Source: Pseudomonadota bacterium (GTDB taxonomy: Bacteria > Pseudomonadota > Gammaproteobacteria > Arenicellales > Poriferihabitantaceae). From it: a stretch of 64,000 nt of DNA. Below are positions 38,393 through 48,118 of the stretch, in pieces. The translations under genes were made by a program, and so were the position numbers. Each line of letters begins with the position of its first letter. The first letter of the stretch is position 1. The stretch is from NCBI GenBank assembly GCA_039029455.1, contig JBCCGE010000001.1:90136-154135 (forward strand), written 5' to 3'. The notes beneath the pieces are model-generated. The model was not told where the DNA came from. It saw nothing but the letters and a program-made list of their open reading frames with translations, and searched no databases.

Positions 38393-38424
38393 AAACCGAG
38401 CCGCTCGGGTGGGCGGCTCGGTTT
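38393..38424. terminator. Hairpin between convergent collagen-2 and cyclase genes, probable bidirectional terminator
   Basis: Perfect 12-bp inverted repeat AAACCGAGCCGC / GCGGCTCGGTTT with 8-nt loop. Confidence 0.75.
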
Positions 38425-38496
38425 CTCTCAGTCGTTGTGAATGGGCGTTTAAATGCGTGGATGCCCCAATCGTTCCGACCGGGGTAACGCTGGCTT

Positions 38497-39834
38497 TCAG
38501 CGCGTTTCGGGTTCGAACAGGCTGACAGGTTTCTTGCGACCCCGCAGTACCTCGCTGCCCTTGGCATTGAACACGAATCGGCTGTGGTCACAAAGATCGC
38601 GGGTTCTCTCAGATACCAGAATTGACGTACCGTAATTCTTATTGAGTTGTTCCATTCTCGCCGCGATGTTTACATTATCGCCGTAGACAGTGTAGCTCAG
38701 ACGGTCGTCTGTGCCGACAAAACCGCCCACGACAGTGCCGGTATTGATGCCGATACGGGTTTTCAGTTGAATTCCGGACGAAAAGCGATGAGTCGTCATT
38801 TTGTCCTGAATCTCGATCGCTGCAGTCACTGCGCTGGAGGCGTGGTCATTGTCTTTCGACGGCAGGTTAAAACTGGCAAGAATGGCATCGCCCTGAAACT
38901 GGTTGATGACTCCCTTATTACTCTCGATGGGTTCTGAAATAACGGAAAAATACTCATTTATTGTGGTGATCAACTCGTCGGGTGAAAGTTGCTCGCCCAG
39001 ACTGGTAAACGACACCAGATCAATAAACAGTATCGATGCTTCGCGAGATTCACTTTGAACATCAATCAGAGGGCCTTCTGCGGTCGCAATTCTATCGGCG
39101 ATGCCTTCCGGTACAAAATGAGAGAGGTTTTTAGCGCTACTTTCCTCCACTATTGACTGGATCAGAAGGTGCCGGGCTCGAGCAACCGCAACGGTCAATA
39201 CGGCGGTCACGACCAGAATCGATATGACCTTGTCCATTTCGCCCCCGAGCAGCACTGAATTCGAAGTCAGATACTCGACGTAGTTCCTCGTGATCATGTC
39301 CATCCCGGATTCCCCGGATACCGCGAGAATGACCAACGCCATCCACCCGGTTGCACCGACCAGTCCGGACAGCAGAATAAAGCCCGGTTCGAATCGAAGG
39401 GCGCGTAGCGCGATGAAGATAAAAATATAAAGGAGTGTAGGTGCCTTGAGATAAAACGCAGCGGGCTGCATGTACTGCAAATGAAATGACCAGATCAATC
39501 CAAGCAGCAGACCCATATCGACCAGAACAGACACCACCAGAAACCAGAACGGCAGGCTGTTTCGATACGCCAGGATCAGTCGCAGGCAGGTAAATAGAAA
39601 ATACGCACCGAGAAACAGAGGAACCGGCTCGAACTCAGCGCCTGTGGGGATGGTTTTTGGCGCTGTAATATACAGCGCAGCAAAGGTGGTAAGGATTGCA
39701 ATCTGAATCCAGCCAATAAGACGTTCACTGCTGTCCTGTTGTTGCTTGATCGAACTACGAATGGATTCCGGTAAGGCGTTATAGTCCTTGCCGCTGGACA
39801 GCCAGGTGTGTTGAGATTTTATAAATTTAGACAT
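38497..39834 (-). CDS. Membrane-bound class III adenylate/guanylate cyclase
   Basis: About six TM segments, then [41 protein letters not shown]. Confidence 0.9.
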   Translation of the reverse strand: MSKFIKSQHTWLSSGKDYNALPESIRSSIKQQQDSSERLIGWIQIAILTTFAALYITAPKTIPTGAEFEPVPLFLGAYFLFTCLRLILAYRNSLPFWFLVVSVLVDMGLLLGLIWSFHLQYMQPAAFYLKAPTLLYIFIFIALRALRFEPGFILLSGLVGATGWMALVILAVSGESGMDMITRNYVEYLTSNSVLLGGEMDKVISILVVTAVLTVAVARARHLLIQSIVEESSAKNLSHFVPEGIADRIATAEGPLIDVQSESREASILFIDLVSFTSLGEQLSPDELITTINEYFSVISEPIESNKGVINQFQGDAILASFNLPSKDNDHASSAVTAAIEIQDKMTTHRFSSGIQLKTRIGINTGTVVGGFVGTDDRLSYTVYGDNVNIAARMEQLNKNYGTSILVSERTRDLCDHSRFVFNAKGSEVLRGRKKPVSLFEPETR

Positions 39835-40387
39835 TATCTAATCCCGTTCAGAAACTGCAGGACTGCACAGTTCGCGAAGAATCAACCCTAAAATTCATTT
39901 TGCCCCACATCCCGAGGTAACCGACTTTACTGGCGTAGGGAATCATTCCCGGTTGCACACTGTAGTGCAACCCCCGTCAACCCGAAAGGTTTGTGATTAT
40001 GATCGCGATTAGATCGAAAAGTTTTGTCAATTTTATGTTTTGAACGGCCCGGTTCGGTCGATTTTTGAATCTAAGGAGACTGTTGGCAAAAAACCACTAT
40101 GGCTTTTCGAATGAAATTTGGTTTTATGCAATGCGTCGATACCCACATATGCCGGCACAGGTGTCATGAAAACATTCGCGCGAGCCATGTTGCACTCTTG
40201 ATTGTCGTATTGGCCGATTTGGTCAGTAAAGTTTCTAGAGTTGCCTACAACAATCCATTGAGTCGGATTACCAGTTATGCTGCGCCGTCTTTTCCGGTTC
40301 AAATAAATATGTCCCGGTTTTCTCAAAGATCGCCTCTCAAAAGGGCGCTATACTGCCCAGGCAAATCAAACAGTGAGGGCGAGACGA

Positions 40388-40867
40388 ATGAGTAAATCCA
40401 AAAGAACACTTCTTAAATCGGCATCGATCATGGGTGCCGGTGGGTTGGTTGCAAGCTGGCAGACGCCGGTGGTTCAGTCGGTTGTACTGCCGGCTCATGC
40501 ACAGACCACTGATCCGACAGCAACAACCACACCAGCACTGCCGGCGGCACCACTGGCTTTTTCACAGCAGGGGGCTATCTGCACCTCACTGTGTGCGATA
40601 GGCGTGGATGACGCGCAATACAATACACCGGTTCTGGAAAATCAGTCGGCTGAATCGATCACGGTTACAGGGATTCAGTTGTCGAATCCGGATCACTATG
40701 TTGAAACCATGCTGCCGCTCATGATTTCGAGCGCCGATAACGTCATTTGCGGATTCTCTATTCTGGTCAAAGATTCGGGAAATCTGTGCGGTGATGCCAT
40801 CTCTGGCGGGACTATGACATTGCAGCTCGAAGGCTATCAGGACTTTTCCTTCAATATCCCGGCTTAA
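40388..40867 (+). CDS. Hypothetical exported protein sharing the collagen-type leader
   Basis: KRTLLK...[18 protein letters not shown], Thr/Pro linker, four Cys, beta-rich body; ATG 40388 chosen. Confidence 0.75.
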   Translation: MSKSKRTLLKSASIMGAGGLVASWQTPVVQSVVLPAHAQTTDPTATTTPALPAAPLAFSQQGAICTSLCAIGVDDAQYNTPVLENQSAESITVTGIQLSNPDHYVETMLPLMISSADNVICGFSILVKDSGNLCGDAISGGTMTLQLEGYQDFSFNIPA

Positions 40868-40930
40868 TCACTGTCTGATGGCGCGTACTCGGAGACAGCT
40901 CATTCGATATGCGATCAGAACACCTTAAGG

Positions 40931-41065
40931 CAGGCAAAATTGTCGGACAGGGTTGCTGATTACAGCTTCTCTATTTCTGCGACCAATGAAGACGCAATTC
41001 GTTCGGCCCGTAAGATGCAGTCACCACCAAACAGATTGGCGTGGTTGAGGATGTGGTATAGCGTG
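40931..41065. repeat. Diverged copy of the 3' end of the fructosamine kinase gene (direct repeat, copy 1)
   Basis: 135-bp near-identity to 41756-41890, including a long identical core gctgattacagc...ttcgttcggcc. Confidence 0.9.
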
Positions 41066-41099
41066 CAACGTTAAATAAATCCGTCCCGGTTTTTTCATA

Positions 41100-41651
41100 T
41101 CAGGTACTTAGAACTCTTTTGAATGCCAGTTTAAAAAAATCCTGACTTGCCAGGTGGATGCAATCGATTTCCAATGGCTGAGTCAATTCAATACGAGTCT
41201 CTTCAGAACCTTCGTTTGCTGGGGTAAATCCGATAATTACTGGTTCTATTTGTACATTTCTTGGGTCGAGTGCTGGGTAGGTTGTGGTGACGCTTACGCT
41301 AAAAGACGCCGAATAGGTGCCCGACTCTGTAGTTACCTCGCCATCATAGGTACCCCCCAGACACCCCAACTGAGATACGGGCGTATTAAACACGCCCGAA
41401 AAATCCGATCGTAAGAACTCAACTGATGCATCGAGACCACTAAACCGGGGATCTCCGGCGATTGAAACCGCAACTGAGTACGATAATCCATCTGGCAGAG
41501 TCGTTTCATACACGGAATAGTTACAGAGAACATCCAAAGTAATACAGAGTGGCGTGAGTGCAGCGTGGGTGGGAAGCTGGATGGCTGCAACTATTGGAGG
41601 CGTCCATACAGAGATTGAAAGTGCTTTCGTGATTAGCCTTCGATCCATCAC
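41100..41651 (-). CDS. Hypothetical exported protein with a shortened version of the same leader
   Basis: DRRLITK...WTPPIVAAIQLPTHAALT; beta-rich Ser/Thr body with Cys. Confidence 0.7.
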   Translation of the reverse strand: MMDRRLITKALSISVWTPPIVAAIQLPTHAALTPLCITLDVLCNYSVYETTLPDGLSYSVAVSIAGDPRFSGLDASVEFLRSDFSGVFNTPVSQLGCLGGTYDGEVTTESGTYSASFSVSVTTTYPALDPRNVQIEPVIIGFTPANEGSEETRIELTQPLEIDCIHLASQDFFKLAFKRVLST

Positions 41652-41755
41652 TGGTAATGCTTTCGGTCAAAATTATGATCTTACTACTTGGAAGTATAGT
41701 TTTCCAAATTAAGTTTTTTTGAACTGTTTTAGACGAAAAGGTGGGAATTCTCTGT

Positions 41756-41890
41756 CAGGCAAAATTGCCAGACCGGGCTGCTGATTACAGCTTCTCTATT
41801 TCTGCGACCAATGAAGACGCAATTCGTTCGGCCTGTAAGATGTAACCACCTCCGAACAAATTGGCGTGGTTGAGAATGTGGTAAAGCGTG
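41756..41890. repeat. Direct repeat copy 2 (functional 3' end of the fructosamine kinase gene plus downstream bases)
   Basis: Matches 40931-41065. Confidence 0.9.
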
Positions 41891-42684
41891 TACAGGTTTT
41901 TTCTCAACGGGTACCCTGCATCCGGCGGCCACTCTTTTTGATAAGCCTCGTAAAATTCAGCGCCGAATCCGCCAAACAGCTCCGTCATGGCAAGATCTGC
42001 CTCGCGATCGCCGTAATATACGGCCGGGTCGAATATGACTGGATTCTCGTTTTCATCTATGCCGTAGTTTCCTCCCCAAAGATCTCCGTGTAACAAACTC
42101 GGTTGGGGTCGATATTCAACGAACAGCTTGCCCATGATTTCTAGCAGACGATTGCCTGCGGTTTGCAGAGACGGTGAATTGATGCGAACCGCGGCCAGGC
42201 TGAGCTGATAGGCCAGTCGATTTCCGGAGAAAAACTGCAGCCAGTCATCGTGCCATGAATTGGGTTGGGGTGTTGCACCAATGTAATTGTCTCTGCCCCA
42301 GCCAAATTGAGCGGCGGTTGTGCGGTGCAATCGTGCCAACTGACCGCCGAGTTTGGACTGCCCGCCCGATGAGGATACGAACATAATATATTCGAGAACG
42401 ATGAAGGTGCATTCCCGGGTTTGTCCCGTACAGATGACTTCCGGCACCCGCACGGCGCCGGCGTCCTGCAGCGCTGCCAGCCCTTCCGCTTCACTTTCCA
42501 GCATGTCGAAACGGTTGGTATCGTCGACTTTCAGAAAATATTGTCGGGGACCACAGTTCACCGTAAATGCCGAGCTGATGCATCCTCCACCGGTTTCCTG
42601 GATCCGGTCTATCGAATGCGTTTTCCCTGTTGTATTTCCGATCCATTCCCCGATTTCCTGCAGACTTTCTTTCGATAGATGCAT
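41785..42684 (-). CDS. Fructosamine/ketosamine-3-kinase family protein
   Basis: GGGCIS, YFLK, LLHGDLWGGN, FDPAVYYGDREADLAM; ATG 42684 chosen. Confidence 0.9.
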   Translation of the reverse strand: MHLSKESLQEIGEWIGNTTGKTHSIDRIQETGGGCISSAFTVNCGPRQYFLKVDDTNRFDMLESEAEGLAALQDAGAVRVPEVICTGQTRECTFIVLEYIMFVSSSGGQSKLGGQLARLHRTTAAQFGWGRDNYIGATPQPNSWHDDWLQFFSGNRLAYQLSLAAVRINSPSLQTAGNRLLEIMGKLFVEYRPQPSLLHGDLWGGNYGIDENENPVIFDPAVYYGDREADLAMTELFGGFGAEFYEAYQKEWPPDAGYPLRKNLYTLYHILNHANLFGGGYILQAERIASSLVAEIEKL

Positions 42685-42987
42685 TGTTATGTATTCGATA
42701 TACCGGATTGAGCCAGTCAAGCATAGTAAAGGGTGCTGGATCAGATTGTCGATTCGCCGTCACAATAACCTGCAGCGTTCACAAAGAAGCGATTGATCGG
42801 GGGTTCACGGTAAAATTTAGTTGGGCACCGTCAACGTGATGGTTATCTCGTGGCGTTCAGTCTTTCCGGAGAAACTGGTTTTTGGACGCAAATTCAATCA
42901 TCGGTTGCCGTCGGTAAATCCCGGTGCTGGATTGTTCGAATTTGGGTGTGTCGAGCAGAGTACTTTATATATACAGGTAAGAGAAAA

Positions 42988-43911
42988 ATGGGGATGCTGA
43001 TAAACGGAGCCTGGAGTGACAGAGAGGATCGCTCTATGGTTTCCGGTACCTATCGTCGAGAGCATAGCGAGCTCCAGACGAAACTTGATGCTGATGTTTT
43101 AGTTTGTCTGACAACAGCGAAGGATCGTTTTTATCTGATCGCATCGGCAAGTTGCCCCTGGTCGCACGGTGCGGTTATCGCTCTGGTTCTCGGCGAATTG
43201 TCAGGCCGCATTCCAATACAGTGGGCAGGTGGACCGCGCATCGAGGGATACGCTCTGCTGGCTGATGGACCGTTATCCGAAAACCGGGGTTTTAAGCATG
43301 TGCACCAGTTTTACACCGCAACCCATTCGGACTACACCGGTCGATCGACGGTGCCCCTGCTATGGGACGATGAAACTCAGTCCATTGTTTCGAATTCTTC
43401 TCTGGACATCATGATGGCGTTCAATGAGGTTGGAAACGGCCCTAATCTGAGGCCGCCGGGACACGTCGAGGATATTGATAAGTTAACCGAGTACATATTT
43501 AGCGGTCTTTCCAACGCGGTGTATCGTGCGGGCAAAGCAGAACGTCAGGTCGAGTATGACGAGGCTGTTGACACAGTATTCAACACAATGGATCGGCTTG
43601 AAGCGCAACTGCGCCATCGTACATTTCTTCTGGGCGATGATCTGACGACGGTGGATATCCGACTTTTTGCAACGCTGGTGCGTTTTGATACCGTTTACGC
43701 GACCCATTTCAGATGCACACGTGCACGGCTCACTGATTATCCCGCGTTGTGGCGATTCACCCGCAGAATCTTTCAAATGCCGGGGATCAGGGAAACTGTC
43801 GACTTTGATGAAATACGTTTTGGTTACTATGTCAATGACGGCAGCCACAATCCGCACAACATTATCGGTCAGCAACCCGATATCGACTGGGACGATCCAC
43901 AAGGGCTGTAA
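42988..43911 (+). CDS. Glutathionyl-hydroquinone reductase (YqjG/GST-omega-like)
   Basis: MGMLING.W, CPWSH, TVPLLWD, DIRLFATLVRFD.VY; ATG 42988 chosen. Confidence 0.9.
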   Translation: MGMLINGAWSDREDRSMVSGTYRREHSELQTKLDADVLVCLTTAKDRFYLIASASCPWSHGAVIALVLGELSGRIPIQWAGGPRIEGYALLADGPLSENRGFKHVHQFYTATHSDYTGRSTVPLLWDDETQSIVSNSSLDIMMAFNEVGNGPNLRPPGHVEDIDKLTEYIFSGLSNAVYRAGKAERQVEYDEAVDTVFNTMDRLEAQLRHRTFLLGDDLTTVDIRLFATLVRFDTVYATHFRCTRARLTDYPALWRFTRRIFQMPGIRETVDFDEIRFGYYVNDGSHNPHNIIGQQPDIDWDDPQGL

Positions 43912-43981
43912 CTGCCTGGAAGAATCCGTAGATGTAAGACTGAAAAAATCGTCCCACTACTCAACCGCAGATGCATATTCG

Positions 43982-44728
43982 ATGCCTAAGATCGACACTC
44001 TTGAAATACGAGTTACAGACCCAAAAAAACTGGTGAATTTCTACCGGGGCGTGCTCGGTATGACGCGCATGGAGGACGAGCGTATGCGCTATGGTGCGGA
44101 GGAAGCCGCTATCCGGTTCTTTCCGGCAGAGCGTCTCTACAAGTCGAGTTCAAATGACGTGTACTGGAAAATTGCATTGTCAGTGCCAGATATTGAACTG
44201 GCGTGTTCGCAACTGTCTTCAAAAGGGGTGAGTGTCGGTCACCCGGAACAGTTCCGTGACGTTGGGTATCTTGCGCACTTTAATGATCCGGGGGGGTTCA
44301 CTGTCGAGTTGATCGAACATTATTTTAAGGGCGATCGCCCGGACACCATCCTGGACGAATCTCTTCTTGGAGGTGGTGCGCGCCTGAACCTGATCACTCT
44401 TCGGACAGCGGATATGACGTCAATCAAAAGTCACGCAGCTGATTGGGGAATGACCCTGATTTGTATTCAGCCACTGGAAAGTATCGGCTTTACTCTTTAC
44501 TTCTTCGCGTTCACCAACGAATCACCGCCATCCAATGATCTCACCGCGATTGAAAATCGAACCTGGGTCTATCAACGTCCGTACACCGTCCTTGAGATTC
44601 AGCACATACATGGTGCAGATCGGGTGACGCAGGTCGATGCTCAATGCGCTGGATATCAGGGAGTCCGAGTGAGTGGCGTGGTGGCGCCGATCGCGAAAAA
44701 CGAGCTTCATGTGACAACAGTCGGGTAA
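43982..44728 (+). CDS. VOC/glyoxalase family protein (two VOC modules)
   Basis: FYRGVLGM, YWKIALSV.DI, DPGGFTVELIE, FTLYFFAF; ATG 43982 chosen. Confidence 0.8.
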   Translation: MPKIDTLEIRVTDPKKLVNFYRGVLGMTRMEDERMRYGAEEAAIRFFPAERLYKSSSNDVYWKIALSVPDIELACSQLSSKGVSVGHPEQFRDVGYLAHFNDPGGFTVELIEHYFKGDRPDTILDESLLGGGARLNLITLRTADMTSIKSHAADWGMTLICIQPLESIGFTLYFFAFTNESPPSNDLTAIENRTWVYQRPYTVLEIQHIHGADRVTQVDAQCAGYQGVRVSGVVAPIAKNELHVTTVG

Positions 44729-44948
44729 AAACAAAAGCTGCACACTGAGACGCGCAAAAAGCGCTCATAATCTTGTGCTGCGAACCGGAACAATCACTCA
44801 TAAACACTGATTTATACCGGGCACGTCAGTGAACATGAACGTCGTGTTGACGAGGTAATACGGTGTTCCGCCTTCTAACGATTTAACCACGTCCGGGGGC
44901 AATAATTGAGGCTATAATGAATTCAGGTTCACACCGGAATAAAACCTC

Positions 44949-45779
44949 ATGCTCGATCACGCATCAGAAATTAAGTCGATGAAACTGTACACGCATATAG
45001 ATCGTGTACGCCGGGAGTTAGATGCGATCGGCAAGGATTCGAGTGCAGATCTGGACGCAGCGGAGATCAGTGCGTTTGACCAGATGCATTATCACGGTAC
45101 AGTAGCGGTCGATCACGCAATCGACATGATGGAAATCGGTTCGGATTCGTCGGTTCTTGAAATTGGCTCCGGTTTTGGTGGTCCGGCAAGGCACATTGCT
45201 AACCGCACGGGTGCTAAAGTTACTGCGGTTGAGTTACAGCAAGATCAGAACGATCTCGCCGCTGAGCTCACGGATCGATGTCATTTGGCTCATCTGATCG
45301 ATCACGTCGCTGGAGACTTTTTGTCCCAGCAATGGGAGCAGCGGTTCGATGGAATTGTCAGCTGGTTGGCGATTTTTCATATTGCCGAACGCGACACGCT
45401 TTTGCGGTCTTCTCGAGAAATTCTCAAACCCGGCGGGTTGTTTTTCGCCGAGGACATGTACAGTCGAAGTCCGATGGATGACGTCGAGCGCGATGAGTTG
45501 GGGCGTGGCATGTACGCCGCTTATTTGCCGGACTGGGACACCTATCAGAAGGACTTTACCGATCAGGGATTTGATCTGATACGATGTGACGAGATGTCAG
45601 ATGACTGGACCGATTTCACTACAAATCGCCTTGCTGACTATCGCGCCGCCCGCGAGCGGCACGTGCAGATCCATAATGAGGCAACTTACAATGCGATGGA
45701 AGAGTTTTACGATTTAGTCAATCGACATTTCCGTTCAGGTAAACTGGGCGGAGTGCGCATTTTGGCGCGAAAGCGCTAG
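44949..45779 (+). CDS. Class I SAM-dependent methyltransferase (sarcosine/dimethylglycine-MT-like fold)
   Basis: VLEIGSGFGGPAR motif I, GDF, LKPGG. Confidence 0.85.
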   Translation: MLDHASEIKSMKLYTHIDRVRRELDAIGKDSSADLDAAEISAFDQMHYHGTVAVDHAIDMMEIGSDSSVLEIGSGFGGPARHIANRTGAKVTAVELQQDQNDLAAELTDRCHLAHLIDHVAGDFLSQQWEQRFDGIVSWLAIFHIAERDTLLRSSREILKPGGLFFAEDMYSRSPMDDVERDELGRGMYAAYLPDWDTYQKDFTDQGFDLIRCDEMSDDWTDFTTNRLADYRAARERHVQIHNEATYNAMEEFYDLVNRHFRSGKLGGVRILARKR

Positions 45780-45839
45780 CGTTCCGATATTCTTAAGACA
45801 CAGTCAACTTGAGACAACGACAAAAAGAGGGCACACCAA

Positions 45840-47156
45840 ATGAAAAAAGATTCCAGTAGCTCGTTCAAACAAACCCGGACAAATTTGTCCAGGAGAAAGA
45901 CGCTGAAAACAATCGGCGCAATCGCAGGTGCTGGTGCAGCAACTCAGGTATCACCGCTGATTTTTCCACACGCTTACGCATCAGCTGAACCGATCAAAAT
46001 CGGCGCGCAATTTCACCGCACCGGCATCGGCGCATCCTACGGTCGCTGGTACGAACGAACGGCAAACGCGGCGGTTAAGCTGATCAACGACGAAGGTGGC
46101 ATCAACGGACGTCCGGTCGAGCTTGTTGTTGAGGATGACGGTACGGATCCAAAGCGAGGTGCCGAGGTGGTGGAGAAGTTCGCCACGCAGCACAAGGTCG
46201 ATGTGGCCTACGGAACGCTGTTTTCACACGTGGTTATAGGATCGTCTCCTCGGGCCGGTGAGCTCAAATTGCCTTATGTCGTCGTGTCAGAGGGGCATCA
46301 CGTGGCCTCCGGAAACCTGAACAGGTATGTGTTTCAGCCCGGCATCACCGATGTTCGGTCCCAGGTGATTTCGATGGCGCCGTGGGTGTCGCAAAATCTC
46401 GGCAAAAAAGTCACAATGATCTTTCCGGACTTTGCATTTGGACACGATCACCGGGATTACTTCTCGGAAGCAATTGCCAATCAGGGCGGCGAAGTGCTTG
46501 AAAAAATTGCCATCCCCCCAACGGAGACCTCGTTCACACGTTATTTCCCAAGAATTCCACGCGATACTGAAGTGCTTTACCATGTGATGGTGGGCCCCGG
46601 TGTTTTAACGTTTGTTAAAGAAATGGGACAGCATTTTGGCAGCAAGCGCCCCGAAATTTTTGGATTCATCGATTCCCTTGAGGCTGTGGACCTGTCGACT
46701 CCCCAACTGGAGTTCCTCGAAGGGACGTATTTCTGGGAAGGCAATCCGCGATACGCCCAGTCAAACCAAAGCGAGCACGACAAGTTCTATCGAGCGGCTG
46801 TTGGTGTTGACGATAATGGCGCCAGTCTTGCCGATCCCAAAGATGTGTCCACCTACGCACATATGTTTGGATGCTGGGAGTCGCTTTTAATAATCAAACA
46901 GGCAATGGAAGCCAGTGACTACAGCGGTCCGAAAGACAAGGCGGCATTTATCGAAGCGATGGAATCACTGTCCAGTTTTGATGAAGGTCGAAATCACCCT
47001 CAGGGCAGCAAGGTATTCAATCCGCAGATCCATCAATCTTTTGGTCACCAGTACATTTCCAAAGTGGAAGGCGGACGCATGAACGTCGTCCACAAAACTT
47101 CGATTGAAGACGGAATGTATGAACCGTCCGGTGATTACACAAAGATGCCTTTGTAA
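45840..47156 (+). CDS. Branched-chain-amino-acid-type ABC transporter substrate-binding protein, Tat signal
   Basis: SRRKTLK...AYA signal, IKIGA, INGRPVELVVEDDGTDP. Confidence 0.9.
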   Translation: MKKDSSSSFKQTRTNLSRRKTLKTIGAIAGAGAATQVSPLIFPHAYASAEPIKIGAQFHRTGIGASYGRWYERTANAAVKLINDEGGINGRPVELVVEDDGTDPKRGAEVVEKFATQHKVDVAYGTLFSHVVIGSSPRAGELKLPYVVVSEGHHVASGNLNRYVFQPGITDVRSQVISMAPWVSQNLGKKVTMIFPDFAFGHDHRDYFSEAIANQGGEVLEKIAIPPTETSFTRYFPRIPRDTEVLYHVMVGPGVLTFVKEMGQHFGSKRPEIFGFIDSLEAVDLSTPQLEFLEGTYFWEGNPRYAQSNQSEHDKFYRAAVGVDDNGASLADPKDVSTYAHMFGCWESLLIIKQAMEASDYSGPKDKAAFIEAMESLSSFDEGRNHPQGSKVFNPQIHQSFGHQYISKVEGGRMNVVHKTSIEDGMYEPSGDYTKMPL

Positions 47157-47179
47157 AAAACAGCTGGCCATCACATCAC

Positions 47180-47211
47180 AGCAATGACCTTTCGGGGTCA
47201 TTGCTTTTTTT
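47180..47211 (+). terminator. Rho-independent terminator between the binding-protein and permease genes
   Basis: AGCAATGACC / GGTCATTGCT stem followed by a T run. Confidence 0.75.
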
Positions 47212-47231
47212 AAGGCCGGAAATAGTCTCCC

Positions 47232-48116
47232 TTGGATTTCGGACCCTATCTATTCCTGGCCACGCTTGAGGGCCTGGTTCAAGCGGCGGTGTTGTGCCTG
47301 ACCGCGCTCGGACTGTCACTGGTGTTTGGCGTCATGCGCGTGGTCAATGTTGCCCATGGCGAGTTTTATATGCTGGGGGCAGTTCTCGCCTGGTGGATTA
47401 CAGGGTGGTTTATCAACCATCCTGCGGTCGGATTTCTGCTTGCACTGGTATTGGGCCCGGCACTGGTTGGCGTTATCGCCTGGATCTGCGAACGATTCAT
47501 TCTGCGACGGATTGAATACGATCCCGAAGCGACTATCGTCGCGACTATTGGAATTCTTTACATTCTGCAACAGTCGGCGCTATTGACGTTTGGTCCCGAT
47601 GCGCGTCCGGTCGATACCCCTTTTTACTTTCGCGTCGAGTTCCCCTGGTTTGGATATTCGGGTTACAAATTACTGGTTATCGCCGCCGCAGCTTGCCTGT
47701 TGTCCGTTGCGTGGTTTGTGATAACCCGAACCCGAATCGGATTGATCATGAGAGCTACACAGTTCGATCGGGAAACTGCGCAGACGTTCGGTATTTCAGT
47801 CAATAAGGTCTATGCGCTGGTGTTTGCAGCCGGTGCCGCTTTCGCGGCGGTTGCAGCCGTACTCATCGTTCCGATTCAGCAGGCACATTATCTTATGGGT
47901 GGAGATCCGCTACTGCTGTCGTTTATTGTCGTTATCATCGGTGGACTGGGAAGCCTCAGGGGGACTCTGGTCGCCGCACTGTTGATTGGTTTGAGTGACG
48001 GCATTATTTCCGTGTTCTTCTCGCCGACACTGGCAAAGATGGTATCCACGTTGCTGGTGGCGCTGGTATTGGTGTTTCGACCCCAGGGTCTTTTTGGCGT
48101 CAGGAACCGACTCTAG
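47232..48116 (+). CDS. ABC permease, LivH-like
   Basis: GLSLVFGVMRVVNVAHGE, TRIGLIMRA, GGLGSL.G. Confidence 0.9.
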   Translation: MDFGPYLFLATLEGLVQAAVLCLTALGLSLVFGVMRVVNVAHGEFYMLGAVLAWWITGWFINHPAVGFLLALVLGPALVGVIAWICERFILRRIEYDPEATIVATIGILYILQQSALLTFGPDARPVDTPFYFRVEFPWFGYSGYKLLVIAAAACLLSVAWFVITRTRIGLIMRATQFDRETAQTFGISVNKVYALVFAAGAAFAAVAAVLIVPIQQAHYLMGGDPLLLSFIVVIIGGLGSLRGTLVAALLIGLSDGIISVFFSPTLAKMVSTLLVALVLVFRPQGLFGVRNRL

Positions 48117-48118
48117 TC

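Noticed and set aside
39925-39972. Partial matches to TPP (GCGTAGGGAA) and c-di-GMP-II (GTAGTGCAACC) riboswitch ends
   Set aside because: The upstream conserved cores (CTGAGA/ACCTGA; GAAAC..TGAAG/GGGCAC) are absent; kept only as an unnamed hairpin cluster.
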